64,000 nt of DNA from Amphiscolops sp. MND2022 (lineage: Eukaryota). The stretch is from NCBI GenBank assembly GCA_964187785.1, contig OZ076409.1, positions 33,978,001 to 34,042,000 on the forward strand. The letters run 5' to 3'. The notes beneath the pieces are model-generated. The model worked only from the letters and a program-made list of their open reading frames with translations. It had not been told where the DNA came from and searched no databases. Of the stretch, positions 1-13,263 are shown piece after piece. Position 1 is the stretch's first letter, and every line of letters begins with the position of its first letter. The position numbers and the translations under genes are program-made.

Positions 1-2814
1 ATCTGCCATATGAGGTGTTGAAAGAGTTGTTCAACGGCACTGATACGTTTTAATAAGCAGAGAAAATCCGTTGAAATCTCTCACTGAATTTTCCCGGATA
101 AGTTTATAATCCCTTTCCCCCTTTTTTGGTATACATGCAAATGACATCAAAAAGTCAAATTGGTCAGATGCAAATTAAGTTAGCCATTCTTCTCTTTTCA
201 TATCATAGCCTGCCTACCTTATTGATTTTTCCTTGCGTGATAACCTTTAAAGTCCGCTAAACGGAATTAATCCTTCAAAAAATGGGGAGGGGGTTTCTTC
301 AACCGTGTGGCATCATTCCTGCTCTTTGCAGAAAACTTCAAAGGTGTATAAATCTAAGATGTGTGGACTGAAAAGCACAACAAAATGTAACGCTAGTAAT
401 GAAAACATTTCAATTATAACTCAGCCGGGTAATAAGTTGTAAAGAGCTAGTGTATCTGCAGCACAAAAGAAATGCCGTTCTTGTCGCCACGCTCCTTGGT
501 CGGCGGCTTTCAATCTAGTTAGGAAAGATTGTTTCCAGGTAAAAGTTGCAAATGAAATTTGGCTTTTTTGCAAATAAAAAAAAGAGACAATTCAATTCAA
601 GGCAACAGGCGACTGTGTCAATAGAAGTTGTCATGAAAAGCCAGTCGGTTTGTCTTCAAACCCCCTCGACGTTCATTCCAACTTCACTACTTCAGTTCAA
701 TAACTTCTCCCCCAACCGGCGGGTGGGGCCTAGTAGGGTCGGTTTTATGGGCAAGATAGGGAAAGATGACACATTTTATTGTGATTCAGTGTGAAAAAAC
801 CTAACCCCGATATTTATAAAATTATGGAAAGATATATATTTGAATAAAATTTAAAAGCTTACTAAGAATTAATCCCATCACAATTTACCAATAAACGCCC
901 TTCTAAAAATATAACCGTCACTTTGCACAATAGAGGGCGGGTTCACTTTGAATCATATCCACTGATTTTACTCTAGTAGAAGAAAATCGTACTAACTTAT
1001 TTTAACCCAAAAATTGGGGCGTTGAAAAATGTATTATAGAATCTATGTTGGTTAGTTGTAGTTTCTGAATGTTTTCTAAATGATGCTTAAAGAACTTTGA
1101 AATAAAAATAACATATTTGAATTACGGAGAACAAGAAAAAAATTTGAGAAAATCCAAGTGGGGCATTATTTTTCAAGGTGGACTTATTAATGATTCCTTA
1201 TTTTTGCAGGGAAAAATCGTACAAAATGAAATAAAACTCTGTGACCCAATAGCCTGAACTTGATGAAAAGAGTTGAATGACTTTATATTTGCGCTTTCTG
1301 AACCCAGACATTGCAATGATGTAAGACCTAGTTATCATAATAACCCGACAGAGACTTCGATCGGCCTCTCTGATGCATAACTGATGATCTCTGTCAACTC
1401 AAAATCAATTTCATTTGCACTTTCAATAAACACCTCACAGCAATTTTTCCTTATTTGCAATTCACACAGGTAGCCTCGGCTACAAAGACCTAAACAAATA
1501 AATGAGTCAATCATTGGCAAAAATTAATGAGGGAACTGAGAATTCAGGGGAGCGGGGATCAAAAAGCTATCCTTTCATTTCATCATTTAGCAGTGACTGT
1601 GCGAAAGGCTCTAGAGATTTTTTAAAAACCTGTAAGGACCAAGAAAAAAGAAAGAAGTTGTCGCCAACTTAGGCGAGAAAATATAATGATAGAGTAATAA
1701 TTTAGTGACTTTTTGCAAGTTTACCTCCAGTGAGCCAACAATCGTTTCTCATTTGCTTTTTTCAACTTAGAAAAAAACGGAAAAGGATGTAGTATCGATT
1801 TTAAAAAACCTCGAGAGATTTTTTAAAAACCTGTAAGGACAGACACCCCCAAGAATTCCCGAGAGCAAATCCATTCCAGCTCATTTTCAAAAACACTTCT
1901 ATTTTCACAAAGCAAACAGGCACATGTTGTGCAAACATTTAAATGTGGACAGGAAGCGTTTTTGAATGACAAAGCAAATGACGCTCTGGCAGGCAATCCA
2001 AAAATTGTTCCCTCAAAAGTGCTACTAAAAACCCAGGTGGCATTCTTTAGGCTTCTACAACTAGACATCCACACTTTGCTTTTCACGGAGCTCAAATATT
2101 TGCGTTTGAAAATTGAAAACTTTGCAAAAAATTTTGCATATTGTTTCCAAATACGTTGGAGGGCCGAAGTCGTTTCATGCTAAATTTTCGATGACGTCTG
2201 ACGTTCTTCGATTTGAGAACTTTTGATTTGAAAACTTCGATTTGAAAAAGTTCGCAAGAATTTTACAGAAAAAAAACTTGCTAGGCAAATAGTGTTTCAA
2301 ATATGAACTTCTTGAATCACGAACTCCCAAAAAAAACACAAGTGACACTTTTGAAAACTCGGTTAGCTTGAAATTCAAGTGGTCTCAGCATGTAACTTTT
2401 TGTAAGATACAATCAAAACTAATGGTTATAATTTGACATATCCTCCACTGTATAAACTTAATTTTCTACTTCAATGATCACTTCTACTGTTAAGAAACTC
2501 TCAAAAACGAATTTGAAAATCAGCGATAATTCTTGTAGCTTAACAATAATTAGTTTTGACTAAATTATTAAAGCCAGAAGCTGCTGCTAAACGGCCCATA
2601 AATTTATTGTTACTCTACAGTGTACAAATTGTGAAAAAAAAGAATTATGAGATTTTATAATTAATCTAAACTGACGGACAGAAGCGATTATTAGTTACTG
2701 GATGGCAGTAAATTTGCTAAGTCAGTAACTAAGACCTATCACAATTACAAATCTGTACACCAATATCGTATTACATGTATATCATCATTTTAAGCGACCG
2801 TTATTGAAACTTAC

Positions 2815-3294
2815 GATTCTCGGCGGTTGTGAATTTAACAGTTTCGTAACTGCTTTTCACTCCTCGAATTTTGGAGAGACTGTTTTTGGACTGAATCTGG
2901 AACAAGTATTCCTGAAACGGCTCCAAGTTTGTCACATTCACTGACAAGGCTCGGATCTCAGTCGAATCGGGTACGCTAAAAATGGGCACTTTACGGGAGT
3001 CGACCAGTTTACAGGTTGCACATTGGATGGAATAAAACAGGTCCCGCCTGAAGCCATCGCTCAGGGGTCTCTGCCAGGTTATTGTCACGTGGGTGCCTTG
3101 TACTTTCGCGGTCACGTTTCTAGGGGGAGAAGGAGGACCCCCACACGGCATGGATTTGGGTTCATCCGGGGCTCTGTACTTGTTATGCATGCACGTGCAG
3201 TAGTCTTTGCCCAAAGCCCCAGAAAAGGAGTTTTCGGGACAAGGCATGCATCTTGAATTGCCTCTTTCCATTTTGTAGTAGTTGTACGAGCATT
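2815..3294 (-). CDS. Eph: Eph receptor exon (EGF-like/GCC repeat plus first fibronectin type III domain); downstream exons not identified in the window
   Basis: ttttag...gtaagt. Translates CSYNYYK...CMPCPENS...CTC...YRA..EP.SMPC..PPSPPRNV...WQRP..DG.R.DL.Y.I.C...NLEPFQEYLFQIQSKN. 480 bp, phase 1 to 1. Confidence 0.95.
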
Positions 3295-3936
3295 CTAAAA
3301 AACAATATTGGTTATATTTCTATGATGACAAAGAAATTTTTTCCGGCATTGCTTCAGAAAATCAAAGGAATCAACGAGAAAATGCTTTGAAGTAACACTC
3401 CTTGAAGTACAGTGCGCGAAAGTCTAGTGATGAATTAGAATTAGCATCATTTCAAGTGACGAAAAACATCGTAAATAGAAAATAATGAGATACAAAATTG
3501 ACCAAAAGAACACAGTAGAAGAACAAGTACTCTTGAAAGAAAAAGAAATTTGTAATGAAGAAAAAAGTGACAGATAATTAGATAAAAATTCACATTCTAA
3601 TTTTCGAGAGTTAGTAAGTGCATATTTTCACACGATATTTGTCAAGACTAGCGCTTTTGAAAACAAGTTTTTGTTAGTCAAATTATATCTGAAAGAAGGA
3701 CAATGGAAAATTGTTGAGTTGACTCAAAAATAGTTTAAATGAAAAGGTACTGATAGGTATTATATGTTAGCTTTAAAAACGTGCGGCGATCCATTCAAAA
3801 ATGTTGATTGTATTAAAACTACTTCTATATCACCCATTCATATTGTTTCCATAAATACACGGATGTATTCTCTATTTGGCGGATATATGAAAATTGGTGT
3901 AAGTTCAAGTGGCGAATAAAGGAGAAAGAAACTTAC

Positions 3937-4084
3937 TTGAACAACTCTCTCCATCCTGTTCGTACCCTGGTTTGCACTGACAGAAGGGGATGACTGTGTC
4001 TTCTTCGTCCCAGTTGCCATCTGATTTGCAACTATAACTCGGCTGGTGATTACCTTCTGCCCCCTCCACGCATTGGCCACTCAC
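3937..4084 (-). CDS. Eph: Eph receptor exon (sushi-like domain)
   Basis: ttccag...gtaagt. Translates VSGQCVEGAEGNHQPSYSCKSDGNW...CQCKPGYEQDGESC, the Eph Cys-rich pattern. Phase 0 to 1. Confidence 0.92.
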
Positions 4085-4482
4085 CTGGAATTCAAAATGA
4101 AGTGTAAAACTCCTCAAACGGTGAATGGAATGGTTGGTCAATCTAAAAAGGTTTCAACTGAGTCACATGACGATAGAGAGGCGCGTCATTCCAACAGGGC
4201 TCTTTCATCTACCTACAGCTTCTGCGATATCGGGTTTGAGAACTGTTGATGTCGAAAATGTTGAGAACTGCTCCACGTCGAAAGAATGAATGTTGGAAGG
4301 GAAGTTTGGTCAAGAATGAAAAACGGTGAAAGACATTATATATGATGAACAATTTCCACCATTTGTTCAAAAGTTGTAAAAACTAACACAAGCATCGAAA
4401 GTTTCTCGTAATTGATTGAGCAATTGGAAACCAAGTTGCCAACATTTGAGTTTCAAAATAAAGTTTTCAGTTGCTGACTAAC

Positions 4483-4704
4483 AGATTCACGAGGCACAAA
4501 AGGAGCAGCGGTTGCAGTGAAGTTAGCCTGGGCTTGGATCGCGTTAGGACATTGTCTGTAAGAGACTTTGAAACTGAGAATCTGCGAACAGGTGCCGTGG
4601 TCTTCAATCACCATTCTAGCGGAAGTCATCTTGGGAAACTTTTCCAGGTCCAGAGGGTTGTTGTATTTACCCACAATATCTCCGATTGCGACAAGGGAAG
4701 CAAT
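4483..4704 (-). CDS. Eph: Eph receptor exon (end of ligand-binding domain, start of Cys-rich region)
   Basis: ccattcag...gttagt. Translates IASLVAIG...VIEDHGTCSQILSFKVSYRQCPNAIQAQANFTATAAP, matching FQDxGACxALxSVRVxYxxCP.....LA.FP.T. 222 bp, phase 0 to 0. Confidence 0.9.
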
Positions 4705-5032
4705 CTGAATGGAAAACAATTATAGTGTAAAATGAAAAATTTCGAAATAGAGTTTTACTCAGAGGCTTCAGGATGGATTATGATGGACGCCAAAATTTTT
4801 TTACATGTTATTGTTTTATCTCGCATAAATTCTGAGCATTTGACTGATGGAGTAATGAAAAGAATCTGTCGCCAAGTCGGCGTATCAACCCATCATAGAA
4901 CACCTATGGTTTTATGCAGTTTGATTTTAAAGCTAAGAAATTCAGCAAACCTGTAATATATTAAACCCATTTTCCCAACAAGGTGTTTCAACTCATCGTT
5001 TTTTATCACTTTTGGGGGCTACGTGAACTCAC

Positions 5033-5168
5033 TTTGGTGTTTTCATCATCGAGATCGCTGGAGTGAAACTCTGCAGAGTTGTCGAGGGGAATGATGTGGA
5101 TGTGCAATTTCTCCGTACACATGCTGCCATATTGGATGTCGAGCTCGTCACAACGCGCTATCTTATAC
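5033..5168 (-). CDS. Eph: Eph receptor exon (ligand-binding domain)
   Basis: gctttcag...gtgagt. Translates YKIARCDELDIQYGSMCTEKLHIHIIPLDNSAEFHSSDLDDENTK (compare FTLRDC.....GTCKETFNLYY). Phase 2 to 0. Confidence 0.85.
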
Positions 5169-5366
5169 CTGAAAGCATCGTCTAAGGTTGCGCAATAGTT
5201 ATGAAATGACAGCTGTTTCCAGGAACTACCACATTAAGTTACGCAATTGTTATGCAATGTCGACTATTTATCTGGAACCATCCAAAGTTACAATATTACT
5301 GATGAATGGTCACATTCTTTTAGGTGACCCTTCTATTGGCTTGTCTATAATACAGCCGAATTTGGA

Positions 5367-5845
5367 AACAAGCCGGGAACGATCCAAGCCGGCGCCATAT
5401 CTAAGGCTCAAAAATATTCAAGGAACAACAATTGAAAACATTTGGATTTTTTTTCAAAAAAAGTATTTGGTAAAAAAGTCGCATATTGTCGAAAACCCCA
5501 AAAAGACCCTCTAAGCTCAATAAACGTTTTTTTACAAACCGAGAACTTCAAAGAATTCAAGGGGGTACGCTTTGATAAAATTCAAAACTTTTCGGAAAAA
5601 TGTCGCATAGTGCCGAAAAAACGCAAAGGGGAGGGACCCTTTGGTCTCCACTATACTTTTGAAGCATAAAAAATTTGTGATTTAGTGCGAGAATCAAACA
5701 CACACTCTCCTGCTTCTCAGACACCAGAAAATTAGTCGGCCAAGAAGTTAAACAAATGAACAAAAAAAGCGGACCGATCGCGTTGAACTGACGAAAAAAA
5801 CTAGCCACTGTAAGAGTCGGGATTTTCTTCGAAAACGCCGACTAA
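5367..5845 (-). mobile_element. Helentron/HINE-like non-autonomous element
   Basis: Near reverse complement of the 14016-14464 copy. Subterminal inverted repeat (agtcggcg), nearby partial IR at one end and a short hairpin plus TTGTT at the other. Confidence 0.75.
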
Positions 5846-8800
5846 AAAGGCAACTATAACCCATTCATTACCAGTTGGATATGGTTATTTTTGTACGACA
5901 ACACTTTAGATCATTGAGATTTCTGTTCTGGAATATAATTTGTTTGTGTTCGGAAATATTTCGTTTGTTTTCTTTCGGAAATCTGATCGAAAGAAAAGAA
6001 AATTGGAGTAAAGCACGACATGACTCAATGCTCCATCATCAGCTTAGGTCAAGGCAAATGTATACTCCACGATGTAATCTAAACTTCGATGATTACACAT
6101 GGGGGTAGAAGATAAGGTCAATGGAATCAATATGAAGTGTGGCGAAAAACCGGAAAATTGTACACCAGGAGTAGACAAAAGTGTTCGATGGTCAATTCAG
6201 AACAAGCGTACAAATAGACAATCGAGAAAACTCCAGCGGTGTCCAGCGGTGCCAGCATAGCAATTTGCACAATAGAAAGATGATTTGCACATAAAGTGGT
6301 CAAGTGCAGCTAAAAACGAGTAATTCAATAAAATAATGTCACTTTTTGAATGGAAAATCAAGATTTAATTAGAATTCATGTCGCTTTCAATAAAATGAAA
6401 TTCTCCATTCATCAAGAAGCAACGTCACTTAATCACTCAATCAAATCACAAATTTTATTGGCTGTCCCAAGAACCATCGCTGCTTTTGTTCTCTCTTTTT
6501 ATTGACATTTGGGGGTCCGGTTTCGACAGCGTGGGGTTACAAATTCAATGAACCTTTAGAATTCAAATTCTTGAAATTCATCCCACTCTGGAAAAATTTC
6601 GCCCAATTAGAATACTAGTAAACATGTGACGTAACGAACATAGACATCAACTGGAGTGTTGGTGAAACTTGAAATGTTAAAAATGTGTTTTTCTGGCTAA
6701 TATCTCTATAGAAGAAAACGCACCGAGGTCTTTTTTTGTATAAATATACCATCTACAACTGAAGAATAACCTTGATTATATCGAAATTTTTCGGAGGAAA
6801 TGGAGGCTATTTTTGGACGAGGCAGTGTACTAATGCCAATTGTAAGCAGTGCATGTATTCAGTTTCAAATCATTTTTCAAATTATTGGAGTCAGGGGATC
6901 GATCATTTAGCTGTGGACGAGATCAAAGGTGCTAAAACTTATCAGTGTAAGGGGCGTGTCTTAGGAGCCTGAGACCAACACCACAAGAAGGCAGCCTCCT
7001 TATCATCCATAAATTAGACTCATCGCATTAGCCAACCTGAATGACACCAAATTTTCTATTCCACCCAAAGTGTGCTTCTCCAATTGGTGAATTACAAAAA
7101 AAAATTGCGCACCAAGTTGCATCAATATCTAATCATGATCTTTCTATTTTCATGTTTTGGTTGTAGGCCCCATTGCCAACCTCTGCTCTTTCTACATGGA
7201 AATATATGCATATTTACAATGACTATATTTTTTATAAATACATGCCCGCGTCTTGGTGAGTTGGAAGCCATTGCTGATAACAATGTTGATCATTTTTAAA
7301 TGAAATTCCAAGCACCTGCGGGTCGGGCTGCAAATACTTCCATACAAATTTAATTTCATTCCCGCCAAGAGGAAAGGTTGAAGAGGATTTCATATTCCCG
7401 AAATTACCCCCTCGTTTTTAAATTTTTATGGATCTATCAAAGGTTCAATTAAGGTTGAAAAAAACTTCAAAAGTATAGAAATTTTATACCAAAGACAAAA
7501 AGGTTGTAGATTAACTGACTGCTAATCATGCAGCGGATTGTGAAGTCAGATGTTCTAGTAATTTAAGGAAAAATAAAAACCATCATCATATGACCGAGGT
7601 TCATCGAAAGGGGAAGTGAAATATTAAAGTTATTATTAGGCAAACGGAGATATCCGGCGTGTCAGGTCAAGATTTTCCTATCCAAAATTTGTTGGATCCT
7701 CCCTTCAAAAAGTGAAGTCAATTAAATCTTATTACCGCAGCCTATCTTAACTATTTGTGCCTCAAAGGACCTCGATAGAAAGTGCAAATACTCGACTTTT
7801 GAAGAATTCTTCAAAATAAACGATCCCTCTTTGTGTGAGGATATTGAATTACGTTACAAAGGAAGCGATACCGCTGCGCAAATTTTCAGAATTTGCTGTC
7901 AAGCATTTTTTAAATATCGAAACTTGAGGAATGTATACTTTTTTTTCTTTTTTTGCAAAACCGATTATCAAAAAAATAATCAAGACTTTTTTTATCTTAG
8001 AATCATGGCCATTTATTCTGTTGTGGAGTTTTTTCTGAACGATTTAGTCAAAAATATTGAAGCAGAATTCTAGAGAGCATTCGCCCAGAAATCTAGATGT
8101 GTCACTTTAAGATGTGAACAAGTACATCTCACAAGGTTTGCCTCCTGCTTCTAATGCCCCCAAGTGCTGTTACTAATAGCGGGGACCGGCACAAGCCGAC
8201 AGGCACTAAGTACCATCTGCAGCAGTTTGAGACGACTTTACTTGTTACGTCACAAACTCATTACGTAACAACTCTACCTCTGACAGTCATTATTCCGTTA
8301 GTGAAAAATTAAGCCTCTTGCTTAATCTCAAATCTTTCTCTCGAATATTATTATGAGCCACGCTTGCTAGAGTATGTGCAGAACGTTGATGCTTCACTTG
8401 TGAAAACCGAAGTAGAAAAATTCATGAAAAAAAATATAAAAAAGTGATTGAAAAAATTTGCCGGCATGAAACCTAGGACGATCAAATTTATGTGGTTGAA
8501 AAGCTACTGAAAGCTTTAATTACATAAGAATACACACTTGTAACCAGCATAAAGTAACAAAAAACTAATCAGCAATGAGTGACATTACAAATTGTCAAGT
8601 TTGAACGCCTGTTTTGTGCTAAAACTTGTCATTAGCTACTTATTTGAAGGCTATTGTTTTGAGCAGGTCTAAATTACTTTTAAATAACTCATTGAAAAAT
8701 CACAAAAGCATAGATTTTGTTTAGTAGTACCCCGCTAAGTTTCAAACCACAGTTGCTTTCTGAAGCTTCACTTTGGCTGATTCTGGCCCCAAAAGAACAA

Positions 8801-10480
8801 AACAATTTGTTTTAAAATCCCACAATTATACATCAAATTTGAAAGCTGAACTCTAAAAGTTTCTTTGCATCAATTATCTTTCAAGTTTCATTTTCTCAAA
8901 TCTTTTTGTTTCGGAGGCTGCCCAGGTGACAAGTGTAATAATTAGTTGACAAGTTGATGACTGGCGAAATACTTTCCGAAAAATCAACGTTCTCTTAACG
9001 ATCAATCTTTGAAATTTTCCCACAAAAGCGGCTAAAATGGTCTACAGGACTAAGGGTCTGGACTTAATGAGGTTTACAGTTAACTACCACAACGATTGAG
9101 AAATGTTGGTAAATTGAGTGAGGAGTGAAAAGGTAGGAGTGATAGATGGATGATTCATTGCTAAGCTGCATCTTCCAATGTGTTTCAACTCAGATTTCAA
9201 GTATCATAGCTACAGTACATCACATCCAGTCATCTTAACACATTCATCTATGGCAAAAATCAAATTAAATATGTCATATTTTTAATATTAAAATTGAAAC
9301 AAATTGAAGTGTGTTTCGACCAAGCAACTCACTCGATGAATGAGTGTTGCGCAATAGCGCTCAAGACCGGTCAAACTGTTCACGAGGAGTATTTCCATTG
9401 CAAGTGGCGGAGAAAAAAAGGAGGAGGAAAAGAATTTTGCTGTCTGTGAAAGACGGTTTTAAAATCAATAAAAAATGTGCTGCAGATAGGTAGGTAATTA
9501 CGAGAGAGAATTGTAATTGAAACTGGATTTCTCCAATGAATGTATATAGGTAAATACGCATATATATTTCATATATATTTCGAGGCTGGGGCGATGGCTG
9601 TGTTATCTTAGAAGATATCACTAATGTACTGAAAGACGAACGACCCGATTGAATCAGTGTTCATTAAATGTCCCCCTCGGGGATGGAACGAGCAGCGTGA
9701 AATGAACAGACGAGCGAACAAGATTACCTCCGGATCTGAAATTCCCTATCGTAAAATTGAATAATTCAACTTTGAGGGGGCTGAATTCCTTCAAGTATTT
9801 CTCTCCCGGCACCGGCTTAGGCATAAGCTGACAAGTCGCCAGCCACAGATTCAAGGCTCAGAATACAAAATCTCTTGCGAGACTTCAAACGAGCCATCTC
9901 TGCACAGAAAGGGCATAATATCTGGCTCTGGAAAATTGCACCGCCAATTTTTATATTCAGTCGTCTTAGAAGCACAATGTAACTTCAAGATATTTAGGAA
10001 ACATTTCTTACCTGACCTGACTTCCAATCCAAAAAAGTTTGCATCATAATTTGTAGGAACAATTAGGTCTGAGAATAATCATTGATATAAAAATTCTTGA
10101 AGAAACAGTCTTAGAATATTTTCCAAATTAGTATTCCTGGTTTATGGCGCTTTTTCAGGCCGCATACGCCAGATGAAACAGACTAATAAAACATTACTGG
10201 AGCATGTATCAAAGTGAGACAGAGCTTTCCCACAATAAGAATGCGCGTAGAGATTTATAATAGCAATCAACTGAATTTAATTTAATTTAACCCTTACAAA
10301 TAAAACCTTTGGATATATCCAATGAATGAATGAAAAAAATAAATTTCAACAAATTGACATTTAGATAATTGAGCTTGTTTGTTTCTTGCAAAACCTTTCA
10401 AAACTAAAAGTTGAACATGAACCACAGATCCTTCATGCAGCAATTTGCCTTTTTTTAGAATATGATGAATTAGAGAAAGC

Positions 10481-10700
10481 AACAAGCCGAGAACAGCTCA
10501 ATGTCGACGCAAAAAAATTGAGCACTAGTGAGATTCGAACTCGCTTCGGAAGCAAGCGCTCCGATCACTGGGCCAACTGGAATCTCGAGACCAATTTTCC
10601 TTTCGGCGACCGCGTTATACGTTTCGTTGCATTCATGTCTGTCTTGAAAAAAGTGACTGTAATAATTTGGCGGTTTTAGTTAACTAAAAGCGCCGACTTA
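10481..10700 (-). mobile_element. Short HINE-like copy with an internal tRNA-derived segment
   Basis: Ends aacaagccgagaacagct and gcgccgact. 10522-10575 reads on the minus strand TGGCCCAGTGA...GAGTTCGAATCTC (A-box and B-box like). Confidence 0.6.
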
Positions 10701-11121
10701 AAACAAGAAGAAGAAATTATTTATTTGGATGCTTATACATGATGTCCTGGAACAAAATGTTCAAATTCCACAAAGGTCAGGAAAAAAACTTTTCAGCTCG
10801 TCTTGTTCCTGCGCTAGGAAAAACGATTCTTGACCATTCATTTGAATGTCATATTCCCACTACTTTTAGAAAAATAATTCAAAAAGGTCCTTATTATCAG
10901 CAATCTATAAAGTACTGAGCTTTTTCACAAAAAATGCCTGATCATTAGATTTGAAGGTATCAGTTCATTCGCTTTCAACCAATTGTGGAGTTCATTCAAC
11001 AACCTAGGAGTAGAACAGTGACTCAACAATGGACCATCGATATCATCATACTGTACTATCAATGGAATGCCCTGAGGGTCAATAATGGTCATAATGAGTG
11101 GTAACAGGAAAGGGAGCTGAC

Positions 11122-11237
11122 CTGATATTGAGCCAGAGTGCTTTGGCGTTGGCGATGTTGATTATCGGAGACACGAGGAAGTTGCGGAAGTTGGTACCTA
11201 CGTCACACACTCGAGGATGGCTGTCGTTGAACGTGAA
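11122..11237 (-). CDS. Eph: Eph receptor exon (ligand-binding domain)
   Basis: ttgtttcag...gtcagc. Translates FTFNDSHPRVCDVGTNFRNFLVSPIINIANAKALWLNIR, aligning by eye to YQVCNV...NNWLRT..I....A..IYVE.K. Phase 0 to 2. Confidence 0.85.
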
Positions 11238-13192
11238 CTGAAACAAAACCAACCAATCAAATTCACCCACCAATCACAAACGATATACATATACAGTTTA
11301 ATGATAGCGATTTCGTTTCAGTGAGCATATGCACGTTTTGACATACCTTGAGTTTCTACAAAAAATGATGAAAAATCTGTTTCGGAAATTACATTCGCGA
11401 GAAGTTCTTCTCCATGTTGTTTTCATTTTTATCCCCTTGTTATTTTCCCAAGGCCTCAAAAAACCATGAGAGACTTCACTTTAAATGCGCTCTCTTGCAA
11501 ACAATGATTTTATCAGTTTGATTTTAAATTATTCTCAATCAAATTTGTATAGCCACGAGAAGGAAAACAGCCGCATTTCAATAATTTGGGAGATGATAAC
11601 TACCAGTTTGTACACTTTATCAATTGACTCCATTATTGAAATACAATTTTCGTTCATATCCTGTTGCAGTGGTTATTTTTCATGTTGCATATCTGTTGCT
11701 CAGAAAGGTCGGACTCTCATTTTGATGGCCAATCGATGTTATCGATGCGTATCAATGCGTAACCAATTCAAATCTACAAGATAATTTGTAAAAAAAACGC
11801 TTCCAAGCAACTTAACTATTTCAGGCATTTGACATAGATTTTGCATTGTTCTTGCAAGCAAACTGCCGAGCACTTCAAACACGACGAAGGGTCCCAAAAA
11901 TTAATTTGACCCCCTGTTTGCGCGAATGATTTTACTTCACACCCAAGCCTCTTAATATTTTATTCCTACGTCGGCTCAGCACCAGTTTGCAAGGCGCATG
12001 TAAACAATTAGAAAAAGTCCCCCAAATGGCGTAACAATCAATTATCACAATAAGGAAAAGAGAACACTGAAGTCCCACCCTTCGCCCTACCTGCTCCTAA
12101 TGATTAGTCCTCGGGCAATAGTTAAGCAGCAGATTGCACATTTGCTTATCTTACGTAACGCAACCGCCGCCACGGCCTCTGCCTAATTTTCAAATAATCA
12201 TTACGGGGCGCTGTAAGGGCAAATTGGTCTCCGGCTGGCCGGCATGTATTGTTGATAAATGGAGTAAAACATGAAAGATTCTTAAATCACTGCAACAAAG
12301 AAGAGCATGTCCACGGATTAATAAAGATTTTCAGCTTAATATAATCGCACGGTGCCTTATTTATTGTTTTTGCCTCGCAACCAATAAATTCTAATAACCG
12401 GCAGATGAAAATTTCTTGCTTGTGCGATCAACTGCTCCACAGATTTTAGAGAATACAAGCAACAAATCTTTTCCTATGAGTATTAAAATCAGGTGTGCAA
12501 CCGCCGTAGGGCCACTACGCCGTCTTTGAACCTCAGTGCAACAACTACTTTTCATTTGAATCCAATCAAATCAAATCGAATCTCCTCTTTATTTTTTTCA
12601 TTAATTTCAGAGGACCTCGATTTTTATCTGCTCTCATCCATGCCTTCTTGTTCACAGTACAAAACATAATTCATCGGTCGAAGCAACCAAGAACGGTTTT
12701 TTGAGCTCCGTGAAACAATATTCGCATTGCATAGGATAAGAAAAATACGGATTGTAAGTTCAGAGCTGATAAATCAAGTTTCAAAGATCAATCTTGATAA
12801 TCATCTAGGGAAACGAGACAAATATTTTGCAACATGACCCAAACACGAACTTGTCGAGAAACAAAGATGAAATACAATTTATTAATCTCTTTCAATCAAG
12901 AGGCCTTATGTCGTTTTGTACAAAAACCTACCTACATTCTTGTAATTACTAGAATTATTAACTAACTTATGATAAATTGTGTTCTTTAACTTGAAACAAG
13001 AACCCATACTTGAGTGCATACCATATTAACTTTAATAAACGATCATGTTCTTCATCATCAACTTCGAAGCACAGCACTTAAACTTGAGTATACTCAAAGG
13101 TTATAACCCTTTGTGCTGGTACAACACAAATGTACATCTTAATCCTTTCACAATATAATAAACACTACTGGTAAGGATTAAAAATATCTTAC

Positions 13193-13263
13193 CCCGTTCA
13201 AAGATCGCCCAATCACTTTGTGGGGTTCCCATTCGGTGAGTCGAGTGTCGTCCAGCAAAGTTA
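13193..13263 (-). CDS. Eph: Eph receptor exon (start of ligand-binding domain; equivalent to vertebrate exon 2)
   Basis: Flanked by ttgtttcag and gtaaga. Translates (x)TLLDDTRLTEWEPHKVIGRSLNG, resembling Eph VNLLD...W....NG. 71 bp, phase 1 to 0, in frame with the next exon. Confidence 0.75.

Noticed and set aside
1..39. Possible next Eph exon (LPLNNSFNTSYGR) at the window edge
   Set aside because: Weak acceptor, and too short to recognise as FN3.
1613..1840. 27-bp direct repeat agagattttttaaaaacctgtaaggac
   Set aside because: Real, but no element structure between the copies; probably a local duplication.
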